Numbered from the stretch's first letter, positions 31,012 through 40,656 are shown. The stretch: 64,000 nucleotides of DNA from Octopus sinensis (GCF_006345805.1 NC_043000.1:109988001-110052000); one strand, 5' to 3'. Notes: generated from the letters alone by a model not told the origin. Numbers and translations: made by a program.

Positions 31012-31957
31012 CATATAATAATATATATACATATAATATATATATACATATATATTATATTAACATATATATAATATCTATACATATTATATATATATAA
31101 TATTATATATATACCTATATATATTATATATATATATACATATATACATATATATATATACAATATACATATATATATATACATATATACATATATTATT
31201 ATATATATATATACATATATACATATATACATATAACATATATATATCATATATATATATATATATACATATATACAATATACATATATACATATATATA
31301 ACATATATATATACATATATACATATATACATATATACATATATACATATATAACATCTATAATATATATATACTAAGCAAATAGGGTTCAGCAACGAAT
31401 TGCCTTACCACATACCGAATTTAGAAATAGCAGTCAAAGGGTATAGCTATTTCTTCTACTAAAAAGGGAGATCTCAGTAAAAACAGCAATTGGATACTGA
31501 GTTGAGTTGGTACCTCCTAGTATCTCAAAATTCAATATATAATCATTTATGATTATAGTATTCCACGCTGAAGAGAAAAGAAGTTTCGGTAAGATAGAAT
31601 TATTTAATATTTAATATTTTAATTCTTATGCTTTCCTAAAACTTGATTTCGAAACGTACGTCCGTGGATAACTTTAAAAATGTTTGATAGATTGCGGTTA
31701 ATTCATTCTCTCTTACCTGTTTGTGTCAGCCTTCCCATTGCTGTTTTTACTGAGATCTCCCTTTTTAGTAGAAGAAATAGCTATAACCCTTTGACTGCTA
31801 TTTCTAAATTGTATGTGGTAAGGCAACTCGTTGCTAAACCCTTATTGCTTAGTATTACTTAATTTTCCTCGAATGAGGCTTTAACATGCCGAGACTACTG
31901 GTGTAATTGATAATTTTTCCAAATTAATTAATTTCACCCTTCATTATTACGGATAAT

Positions 31958-31991
<34 letters not shown>

Positions 31992-32013
31992 TATATATAT
32001 ATATATATAATAT

Positions 32014-32054
<41 letters not shown>

Positions 32055-32160
32055 TATATATAATAGGATATATATATATATATATATATACAATATATAT
32101 AATATATATATATAGATATACACATATATAATATATATATATATTATATAATATATATAT

Positions 32161-32207
<47 letters not shown>

Positions 32208-32210
32208 TAT

Positions 32211-32242
<32 letters not shown>

Positions 32243-32395
32243 CACATATATATATATATATAATATTATATATATATATAAACACATATATATATATTAT
32301 ATATATACCATAGATATATATATAATATTATATATATATACACATATATATATATATATACACATATATATATATATATATACACATATATATAT

Positions 32396-32449
<54 letters not shown>

Positions 32450-32530
32450 TATATATCTATATATATATATATATAGATATATATATACACATATATATAT
32501 ATATAATAATATATAATATATAATATATAT

Positions 32531-32562
<32 letters not shown>

Positions 32563-32575
32563 CACATATATTCCA

Positions 32576-32607
<32 letters not shown>

Positions 32608-32665
32608 CACATATATATATATATAACATATATATATATATACACATATAATATATATACATTAC

Positions 32666-32696
<31 letters not shown>

Positions 32697-33095
32697 CACA
32701 TATATATATATATATTATATATATATATACACATATATATATATATATATACATATATATATACATATATATATATATACATATATATATATATTATATA
32801 TATACATACATATATATATATATATAACATATATATATATACATACATAATATATATATATATATTACACATATATATATATATATTATACACATATAAT
32901 ATATACATAACATATATATATATATAATATACATACATATACACATATATATATATTATATACATACATATACACATATACATACATTACATATATACAT
33001 ACATATATACATACATACATATATACCTACATACATATATAATATATATACATATATATATATACATATATTATATATATATTACATGTAATAAT

Positions 33096-33127
<32 letters not shown>

Positions 33128-33789
33128 CATATATACATATATACAATATACATATACATATATACATAATATAACATATATACATATACATATATAACAT
33201 ATATATATATACATATATACATATATATATATATACATATATACATATATACATCTACATATATACATATATATATATATACATATATACATATATATAT
33301 ATTATACATATATATATATAACATATATATATATATATACATATATTATATATACATATATAATATATATACATATATACATATATATATTATAACAATA
33401 TACATATATATATATCTATATATATACATATATATATATACATATATATATATACATATATATATATACATAATATATATATATATATAGACATATATAT
33501 ATATATATATACATATATACATATATATATATACATATAACATATATACATATATATATACATATATACATATATATATATACATATATACATATATAAT
33601 ATATATATATATACATATACATATATATATATACATATACATATATATATATATATTATACATATTATATATATATTGTGTCGAAGAGCGTAGGCTCAAG
33701 ACATAAAATACTTTCTCACTTCCCAAACGTTAAACTAAATCTGTTTTTTGTTTACACACCCATCTTTGTCTTTTGTTTTTCATAAATTC

Positions 33790-33825
<36 letters not shown>

Positions 33826-35872
33826 TAGATATATACAGTGAGAATTTATGAAAAAACAAAAGACAAAGATGGGTGTGTAAACAAAAAAACAAATTTAGTT
33901 TAACGCTTGGGGAGTGAGAAAGTATTTTATGTTTTGAGCCTACGCTCTTTGACAGAAAGGAAAACAAAAATAAACGGGGAGAGAAAATAGGTTTAGTGGC
34001 TAGCGGTCTATCATGGTGAATGCCGGACAGAGGGGTTACCCAGGAGAGCTAGGAAGAAGAAGAGATAATAAAATAGTGGTGATCCTAAAACGAAGGTGCT
34101 ATACATATAGTACGTTTCAAAAGTTGTACTAAAAGGAAGCACATATTACCAAAGGGTCTTTGTGCAGTAAATCAGTTCCACACTCTGTTCCTATGTTGAA
34201 TATGGTTAGACAAGTCTTCATAACTACCGAGAAACTATGAGGCAGTTGTTGAAGTCTATTAGTAATTTGTCAATTAAATGACCGTGTTTTGGGTGCTGTC
34301 TAGGATGTTAGTGTATACAATAGCACCAGTTCCATGCCATACCTGTAAGCAGTTCTTTAAATGGACCTTGTAAATGGCTTTCCTTGTCATGAAAAGAATT
34401 TAAATTTTTTTGATGCAATGTTGTTAATCTCATGACTATAGGCATCTCCAGGAGTGAGCTTTTCCTTACAGTTGCATTTTGTATAAACAGAAACAATTGT
34501 TTTTACAAAAGCTGTTGGTGCATGGAGTGAGGTGATTGGCAGCAGCTGTTTTGAAGTTGGTGATTTGTGTGTGGCTCACTGGAAATTCAGTCTGTTTTGG
34601 CAGCAGTACTGTTTGATGCTGGAGACGAACACTTGCACAGAAATATATACAGACAAACGGGGAGAAGACAGAGGGAGAGAGGCTGATAGGCATTACAATT
34701 TATCAATTGAGGATGATTGACCCAAACACTTGTTTCTCTCTCTTCATACGCATAGAGAGAAATATACACACATAAACAGAGAGAAAGAACAAAAGAAGCA
34801 TTAAAACATCTCCGGTCAAATAAGTCAGCACTGAATCAATGACTTCGTAACCCTTTGGTGCTGTTTCAGTCATTAGACTGCGACCATGCTGGGGCACTAC
34901 CTTGAAGAATTTTTAGTCAAACCAATTGACCCCACTACCTTTTTTTCTTATTTTTTAAGGCTGATCCTTATTCTATCAGTCTCTTTTGCCAAACAACTAG
35001 GTTACAGGGACATAAACACACCAACATTAGTTGTCAAATGATGTTGGGGGACACACTATATATATATATTCTGTATAGTGTGAAAGTATCCTAATGTGAT
35101 CTTTGTTGTCCTCTGGAAACCCTGATGAGTTTCCTTATAAGGTATTTAAATTGCAAAATTATATTTTTCTAAATATAACTAGAACCTCTGCATGGCCGTG
35201 TAACCTGCTGAAAATAGACCCCAAATCTCCCATCTTAAAAGGACACGGATAATGCAATCCAAGATGCATTATCTGCATTAAAGACTGCATGGCCATGTTT
35301 GGAATGTCCTTAATTGTAGTTCTAGGGAAAAGTAACTGACAATATCTCATGTTTTGTAATTTTAATCTTGAGAGATGAAACAATTGTTGATTAATTAATT
35401 TGCATCCATTGGATCTCTGTTTTCTCGCTTGATGAAAATGTCTGATATCCTACGATATTCTATATAATATATTCATTGAAGGATTATCTCTCCAAAATTT
35501 AATATATTAAACCAGTTTATCTTGGATAAATATTCATATAAGAGATTTAAATATCCCCATTGTGACCATATATATGTGTGTGTGTGTATATATAATGATA
35601 AATCTCAGAGCGAGTGATAGAGCACAGAAAGTATGTCTATAGCCAGCTGGAGGAGGTGTCCTCCTGGGGCTACAAACTACAGTAGCATCCACCCTTAGGG
35701 GTAAGCCATATTCAAATGGCAAATATACGTCACTATATATATATACATATATATATATGTATGTATGTATATAACGTATGTATAAATATGTATGTATATA
35801 TATATGTATGTATGTATATATATATGTATGTATGTATATATATATGTATGTATGTGTATATATATATGTATG

Positions 35873-35913
<41 letters not shown>

Positions 35914-38900
35914 GTGTATATATATATATATATATGTATGTATATGTATATGTATGTGTATATATGTATATATGTATGTGTATATATCTATATACGTATG
36001 TGTATATATATATATATGTATGTGTGTATATATATATGTATGTATGTGTATATATATATAGTAGGCCTATAGTAGAAGACATTTAGCCAAGGTGCCATGC
36101 AGTGGGACTGAAATCAGAACCATGTGGTTTGCAAGCAAACTTCTTACCACAGCAATGAGTTAATTTTCCCGTCATATATATAAGAATGACCTCCATCTTC
36201 CCTTTTGCTCCACAATTTTTCTCTTTTCTTTCTTCATCAACAGATTGGAGCATCCTGTATGTGGTCATTGTATGCTTCCTAATAGTCGTCGGCCTCGCTG
36301 GCTTTGTCTGGTTGACTTGCTGTATATGGAAAAGACGTCTATGGCGGTGGAGAACCAGAAAACGGCCCAAATATTCTTTACTTTCACAAAATGATAATGT
36401 CAAAGAAAATTTTAAAATGTTAACTAAAAGTAGGCAAAGTTTTTTCTTTTCTTTCTTTTCTTTGAAGAAACTAAAATAATTTCTCTTTTAATGTACTTTG
36501 TTTCTTTATTTATATAATTTAGTTTGAATTGTTTTAAGCTTTTTCTATCACATATAAATTGCTGGTTAGACACACAGTGTTTCATTTTGCAACCCTAATA
36601 TGCTACCAAGTATATTAAGGGTTTATAAGTTGATGCTGTGTCCTGTTAGCAGGGCAATTCAATCTCTTTTAAGTTATCTCTACAGATTTCCTATTGCAAG
36701 TTACAACAGTTTGTGGCACTGAAGAAAGAACAATAACTTCTGAAATGTGCATATACACCTTTGATTGCATTGTTTACATTAGATATATTCATATATAAAA
36801 CGTTCTAGCTTCTGAATTTTTATGGAAAATCTGTAGAGATAACTTAAAAGTGAGTTAGATACATTTTAGAGGTGTCCTGACAAGTGTTATGCTCTGAGAT
36901 GTGTGTTAAAACCAAAACAATTGCACCATGGAGGACACATATTAACCATTCAAAAATATACAAAAAAAACTTAATTTCACTTAAGCATTTGTTATTTTGA
37001 TGTCAAAGTTTCCCTCTCCCAACAGTGGACCTGGTTTGAGGCAACGCTTTTGATTAGTATATATTGTGGGCTTCAGGGTTATAAATATAATTGTTTTTTA
37101 TATTGGTCAGTTGTTCTGGTTGTCGTCACCTGATGCTTGTAGTTGGTCAGTTAACTTGGTATTTTGTTGTAATTTACATTCCCTCTTTTCTTTCTATCAG
37201 TGGCGGTGGGGAGATGGGGCCTTTCTTATTGTATAGTACAGTCAGTGCTACAGGGTGGGTCAGAGGATGCCCCTGTGCCAGTGACACGTAAAAAGAACCC
37301 TCTAGCTGGCTCCTGTGCACTATCCCAACGTGATCGATGCCAGGCCCGCCCGACTGGCTCCTGTGCCAGTAGCACATAAAAAGCACTCACTACACTCTCA
37401 GAGTGGTTGGCATTCGGAAGGCCATCCAGCTGTAGAAACTCTGCCAGATCAGATTGGAGCCCGGTGCAGCTACAGTCTCTCCAGACTGTCAAACTGTCCA
37501 ACCCATGCCAGCATGGAAAACGGATGTTAAACGATGATGATGATTTGTACTCCCTAATGTTTTGCGAGTGTATATCTTTGAACATATTAGATTACATTAT
37601 TTTAGAGAATTGGGTCCTCTTTTGTTTATTATAGAAATGCCAAAAGACATTGGGAAATATAATGTCTGTATTCAGTTTAAGATGACCAATATTTGAATAG
37701 TACCACTATTTCGAGAGAACAGCAGAACATGGTGATGCAGGCAACCAGATCTGTGACTGTTATATTTATTATAACTGATTGAAAGTTCAATGTTTTGTCC
37801 CCATCAAGGGCAAAGCTGAAGACCTCCACTGCAGCATCCTCTGTCTGTCTTTGTCACCACTGGACTTATGAAGTTGGTCGTCAACAACTTAATATTAAAA
37901 TCCTTTTATTACTATTCCATGAAATAATCACAAATTGACATGGAACCTGAGATTTATAACTAGAACCTCTGCATGGCCGTGTAACCTGCTGAAAATAGAC
38001 CCCAAATCTCCCATCTTAAAAGGACACGGATAATGCAATCCAAGATGCATTATCTGCATTAAAGACTGCATGGCCATGTTTGGAATGTCCTTAATTGTAG
38101 TTCTAGGGAAAAGTAACTGACAATATCTCATGTTCATGCTTATACATGTGAACATAAACGAATGTGGTTCACTAATGAGAACTGAAACTAATTAACAGAT
38201 TTGTTCACTGCTAATTTAGTACTTTTTAAATTTTTAGTCACTTAGTTAAGGGTGAAGTGCAGTGCTCACCACGACCTCCTCATCCAGGGCCATCAAACAT
38301 TGTTAGCAGATTTATGCAAATCAGAAACTTGGCCAAATTCTTACCTCAGAATAGACTCCAGTCACCTAAGATAGTGCTGTTAAACAAGGGAACCAATTAA
38401 ATCTAGCACCCAAATAAGCCAGGGTATAATTCGAACCTGAATGCCAAAACCACAACAAAAGGCGTTCCTTGTGAGGCCTGTCTGTTGCCTTATTTCATTT
38501 ATTGAAAGTGAAAGCAATGAAAGGTAAATTCAACCTTGATGACATTTGAATTCAGAATGCTAAGTAGCAAAATAAATACTACAAGACATTTTATTCAATG
38601 TTCTAATTTACTTAAGTCTTTTGTTGAGGACTGATGCTCCATCAGCCATCAACAAACTGTTTTCCATTGATAACATGCAAGACTAAAAAACCCGCCTCAA
38701 CTGAGAGGGGAGAGTGTGATAGTATTGAGGGAGGTGGCTTTGTACCCACAATTGAGAGAGAAAGAAGTGTCTTGCTGTAAGGGAGATAAATGACTGCCCC
38801 AATTGGAAAAAAGAGAGAGGGAGATGGTGGTGACGATGCATCAGGACATACCCTTAAATTAGAGGGAGGTGAACATAATTGACACAGATGATTCAACAGG

Positions 38901-39241
38901 GTGAATGGGGTAGATTTATCTAAAAAAAAAAAAAAAAACAGAAAAGACTAACACATCACTCACTGTCCAAACTGAACTAAATGTCCCTTGTTTTCCCTCT
39001 AACTCTACCTCTCGTCCCCTTTCTATTCATTAAGGTGTTTCATCTCTCAGTATTTGTGTTTAATCTTCTTTCTAACTCTCTCGTGTTTGCAGCTCGTTTA
39101 AAAGCCAAAACTGGGACCCCAGCCAGTGACTCAGATCTTTCAAGTGAAGATACATTATTTGTGAATCACAAAAGCCACAATGGACAAATCTGGCCTAAAA
39201 ATGGAATAAATCAACACATAAGACCAAATATGTTGACCTAG
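899..39241 (+). CDS. KIAA0319L: KIAA0319-like / AAV-receptor (AAVR) orthologue, 5'-partial, 19 coding exons, 757 aa in window
   Basis: join(899-959,3079-3177,4624-4727,6809-6896,7609-7698,9483-9615,10889-10953,13252-13412,14728-14851,16305-16437,17312-17460,18425-18576,20391-20529,25144-25214,26764-26864,28405-28550,29596-29718,36244-36429,39093-39241) = 2274 nt. All introns are GT-AG, phases are compatible and the frame is open to TAG. Five PKD repeats (..PPVA/ANAG..LDGS.S.DD..I..Y.W..G.Y.F.L.VTD..), a [25 protein letters not shown] module, TM helix, KYSLL and [12 protein letters not shown] tail match the KIAA0319 family as I recall it. The signal peptide and MANSC domain are upstream of the window. 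Confidence 0.93.
1073..1481 (-). mobile_element. tRNA-headed CORE-type SINE (family A), near full length
   Basis: On the minus strand: A-box TGGCTGTGTGG, B-box-like GGTTCAGTCCC, CORE-like CACCTTGGGCAAGTGT, internal (CA/TA)n, tail ..GACTGAAACAAGTAAAAGAGTAAAAGAGTA. Other copies at about 3236-3380(+), 5369-5520(+), 16805-17190(+), 34845-35050(-), 36060-36150(-), 43371-43697(-), 49683-50030(-). Confidence 0.85.
1730..2163 (+). mobile_element. RTE LINE 3'-end fragment with four ~67-bp units
   Basis: Same 3' UTR and (GAT)n tail as 59270-59748. Similar fragments at about 8405-8545, 10355-10520, 12085-12260, 14290-14622, 20130-20245, 23456-23596, 37265-37545, 41450-41780, 43850-44045, 47740-47925, 50930-51165, 51820-52030 (+) and 61425-61560 (-). 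Confidence 0.85.
3079..3177 (+). CDS. KIAA0319L: Exon 2: PKD1 start (L)[32 protein letters not shown]
   Basis: tcttccag / GTAACT; phase 1-1. Confidence 0.9.
4624..4727 (+). CDS. KIAA0319L: Exon 3: PKD1 (G)[34 protein letters not shown]
   Basis: ttgcag / GTAAGT; phase 1-0. Confidence 0.9.
6809..6896 (+). CDS. KIAA0319L: Exon 4: PKD1 end [29 protein letters not shown]
   Basis: atttag / GTAAGT; phase 0-1. Not in the ORF track because it is too short. Confidence 0.92.
7609..7698 (+). CDS. KIAA0319L: Exon 5: PKD2 start (P)[29 protein letters not shown]
   Basis: atttag / GTGAGT; phase 1-1. Confidence 0.92.
9483..9615 (+). CDS. KIAA0319L: Exon 6: PKD2 (D)[43 protein letters not shown]
   Basis: ttgcag / GTAAGT; phase 1-2. 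Confidence 0.92.
10889..10953 (+). CDS. KIAA0319L: Exon 7: PKD2 end (K)[21 protein letters not shown]
   Basis: ttttcag / GTTTGT; phase 2-1. Confidence 0.92.
11216..11610 (+). mobile_element. Family A SINE copy (intron 7)
   Basis: AGGCGCAGGCATGGCTGTGTGG head, GGTTCAATCCC B-box, tail GTAAAAGAAAATAAAAG. Confidence 0.85.
12706..13068 (-). mobile_element. Family A SINE copy (intron 7), inverted relative to the 11216 copy
   Basis: Reverse-complement match to the 11216-11610 and 63612-63972 copies, with a small internal deletion. Confidence 0.85.
13252..13412 (+). CDS. KIAA0319L: Exon 8: PKD3 (E)[53 protein letters not shown]
   Basis: ctttag / GTAAGA; phase 1-0. Confidence 0.93.
14728..14851 (+). 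CDS. KIAA0319L: Exon 9: PKD3 end [41 protein letters not shown]
   Basis: ttttag / GTTTGT; phase 0-1. Confidence 0.93.
15240..15703 (+). repeat. ~465-bp local duplication (copy 1) containing a 200-nt hairpin
   Basis: Near-identical to 19665-20130. Confidence 0.88.
16305..16437 (+). CDS. KIAA0319L: Exon 10: PKD4 (E)[43 protein letters not shown]
   Basis: ttgcag / GTAGGA; phase 1-2. Confidence 0.92.
17312..17460 (+). CDS. KIAA0319L: Exon 11: PKD4 end (S)[49 protein letters not shown]
   Basis: tcgcag / GTAAGT; phase 2-1. Confidence 0.92.
18425..18576 (+). CDS. KIAA0319L: Exon 12: PKD5 (K)[50 protein letters not shown]
   Basis: ctttcag / GTAGGT; phase 1-0. Confidence 0.93.
18872..19335 (-). 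mobile_element. RTE LINE 3'-end fragment with about five tandem units
   Basis: catcatcatc tail followed by the reverse complement of the RTE 3' UTR; CTGGCAA recurs at 19070, 19136, 19199 and 19264. Confidence 0.85.
19665..20130 (+). repeat. ~465-bp local duplication (copy 2)
   Basis: Near-identical to 15240-15703. Confidence 0.88.
20391..20529 (+). CDS. KIAA0319L: Exon 13: PKD5 end [46 protein letters not shown]
   Basis: ccacag / GTAAGA; phase 0-1. Confidence 0.93.
20952..22400 (-). mobile_element. Internally deleted mariner DNA transposon remnant
   Basis: 22-bp TIRs TAAGGTGGTATCAAAGAGTTCC (20952-20973) and GGAACTTTTTGATACCACCTTG (22379-22400), 20/22 match. Minus-strand relics [23 protein letters not shown] and PYLPDLAP (YSPDLAP-like). 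Confidence 0.85.
21025..21573 (-). mobile_element. RTE LINE 3' fragment nested inside the mariner remnant
   Basis: Minus strand gives [11 protein letters not shown] (RTE ORF C-terminus), then the 3' UTR and (GAT)n tail; it interrupts the transposase C-terminus. Confidence 0.8.
22401..23455. repeat. ~1.05-kb compound (TA)/(TG)/(TATG) microsatellite
   Basis: Almost uninterrupted purine-pyrimidine alternation; a related array follows at 23596-23840. Confidence 0.95.
24368..25577 (+). repeat. 140-bp direct repeat pair (24368-24507 and 25438-25577) flanking exon 14
   Basis: Offset 1070 bp, 4 mismatches. Confidence 0.88.
25144..25214 (+). CDS. KIAA0319L: Exon 14: (D)[23 protein letters not shown]
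   Basis: ctaaag / GTGAGT; phase 1-0. Confidence 0.85.
26764..26864 (+). CDS. KIAA0319L: Exon 15: [33 protein letters not shown]
   Basis: atccag / GTAAGT; phase 0-2. Confidence 0.85.
28405..28550 (+). CDS. KIAA0319L: Exon 16: (H)[48 protein letters not shown]
   Basis: cttcag / GTTTGC; phase 2-1. Confidence 0.85.
29596..29718 (+). CDS. KIAA0319L: Exon 17: Cys-rich EGF-like module (V)[40 protein letters not shown]
   Basis: ttgcag / GTAAGT; phase 1-1; six Cys spaced as in the KIAA0319 juxtamembrane domain. Confidence 0.93.
29760..31372. repeat. ~1.6-kb degenerate (TA)n/(TATACA)n array
   Basis: Seen directly. Confidence 0.95.
31374..31852. mobile_element. 479-bp foldback/MITE-like element with ~117-bp terminal inverted repeats, carrying the hammerhead
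   Basis: 31374-31490 is the reverse complement of 31737-31852 (inner 48 bp identical, a few differences further out); flanked by TA on both sides. Confidence 0.82.
31562..31668 (+). ncRNA. Type I hammerhead ribozyme motif, canonical core, predicted cleavage after C31662
   Basis: Stem I TCCACG/CGTGGA, CTGAAGA core, stem II GAAA/TTTC with extended hairpin, GAAA, stem III ACGTACGT, GUC triplet. Confidence 0.8.
31950..33678. repeat. ~1.7-kb degenerate (TA)n/(TACA)n array
   Basis: Seen directly, with one short non-repeat break near 33340. Confidence 0.95.
33679..33954. repeat. Tail-to-tail inverted pair (~120-bp arms) around (TA)n, with a degenerate hammerhead-like core
   Basis: 33679-33800 versus the reverse complement of 33831-33954: 6 transitions and 2 one-base indels. 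Confidence 0.8.
35725..36060. repeat. (TA)/(TATG)/(TG) compound microsatellite
   Basis: Seen directly. Confidence 0.93.
36244..36429 (+). CDS. KIAA0319L: Exon 18: transmembrane helix plus juxtamembrane tail (D)[31 protein letters not shown]...RKRPKYSLL...LTK
   Basis: caacag / GTAGGC; 186 nt, phase 1-1; hydrophobic helix followed by a basic stop-transfer segment. Confidence 0.93.
39093..39241 (+). CDS. KIAA0319L: Terminal exon: (T)[48 protein letters not shown]
   Basis: ttgcag acceptor, in frame to TAG at 39239-39241; acidic [12 protein letters not shown] motif resembles the vertebrate tail. Confidence 0.88.
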
Positions 39242-40656
39242 GATTAAAAACAATTTACATTAAGTATTTTACACCTGGATATTGTGAGAGCTGTAAACGA
39301 GTTATAAGACTTTGAAAAAAGAACTCTAAGGAGATTTTTTTAAAAAAATAACTACAGCAATTATGGGAAAAACATCAGCTTTTTTTAAAACAAATCCCAT
39401 AAAAATATTTGGGTTGTCATGACAACTTGGAAGTGTCTGTTTATTTTTGCACCGTTTTACACAGACATTAGAGAGTGTGTGTGTGTGTGTTGAGATAATG
39501 GGGGGGGTAAGATAGAGTGATGGAGGAAAACCTCTCATGTGTGGTGGGGGGAAGTGTTTGTATGATAAAGGCACAACATTGTGTTATCTATTCTTTAACT
39601 TTATGTTGACCAGTGAAAGACTGGCAGCATGAGAGAACTCTTGAGTCCAGTGTTTCACAAGAATCCTTCCTTCAGTTTTTAAGACTGTTCCTTTTTTTTT
39701 TTTTTTCCTCTCTCCCAAACCCTTTTGGGCAGCTGATCTCAAACAGGATAATTGTTCTTCTTTTCCATATCAACAACTTTTGTGTGATCGCATGTTTGTC
39801 TACGTATATGTGTGTATATATACATGTGAGCACATATGCATGCTGAGTGTGTACATAAGCAAGACTGAAAACCCAGACACAGAGCACAATGTACGAAGGA
39901 GAACGAGAAATCTGAGTGTGATTGTGAGAATGTAAGTACACATTTACATGTGTGTGTGTACACACATGATGATAGGGAAGAGAGAGAGAGAGAGCAGGAA
40001 ATTGGGTATGTATGGGTGAAAAAGAGAGATTTTGTAAATATAAAAACTCTGTGTGCGTGTGTGTGTGTGTTTAAAAACTTTGCTCCTTCCAGAACCTTCT
40101 TTAATTTGCCTTTTAGATGATTGAAAAACATCTAAAAAAAAACAAAACAACAAAAAGAAAAAGACAAATTCCCACAAAAAATACCAAAAGCATAAACAAC
40201 AAACAATAATAAAACTTATGGTGTCTTTTAAAAATATTTCACTCTTAAGACAACTTTTACATTTCATTGTTGTTGGTTGTTTTTTTTTTTTGTTTACTTT
40301 CTTTTGTATGTTTGTGTGTGCCATGTGCATTCATGCACGCAACCCACTCAGGTGTGTGCCATGTGCATTCATGCATGCAACATACTCAGGTAAGTGAAAT
40401 ATTAACCAAACTCACTGAATTGTCTTCTTGTTTCAACTGTTCTTAAATACTCAACTGTTAATATTATTGTTCTTGTTGCTGTTATTAAACTAAGTTGTTT
40501 TTTTGTTTTTGCGTGTGGAGAGAAAGTTAGAAATGACCAGTGATACTGACCATGTTTGATGACATAAAAGACACTTTTTTTAATCCAAAAAATGTCTCCA
40601 AAAAAAAAGTCACCCTGGCTCCTGTATACAAAGTCAGGCCAATACTTAGATTCCTG

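Larger units (their letters stand above)
35174..38134 (+). repeat. 180-bp identical direct repeat pair (35174-35353 and 37955-38134) flanking the TM exon
   Basis: Offset 2781 bp; no mismatch found by eye. Confidence 0.9.

Noticed and set aside
30208-33726. Many MYIYI-type ORFs
   Set aside because: Products of (TA)n/(TACA)n arrays.
35110-35145. CCTGATGAGTTTCCTTATAAGG, a hammerhead-like start
   Set aside because: No downstream GAAA or stem III; truncated or chance.
35534-36086. ORFs of 89-182 aa
   Set aside because: Mostly microsatellite translation.
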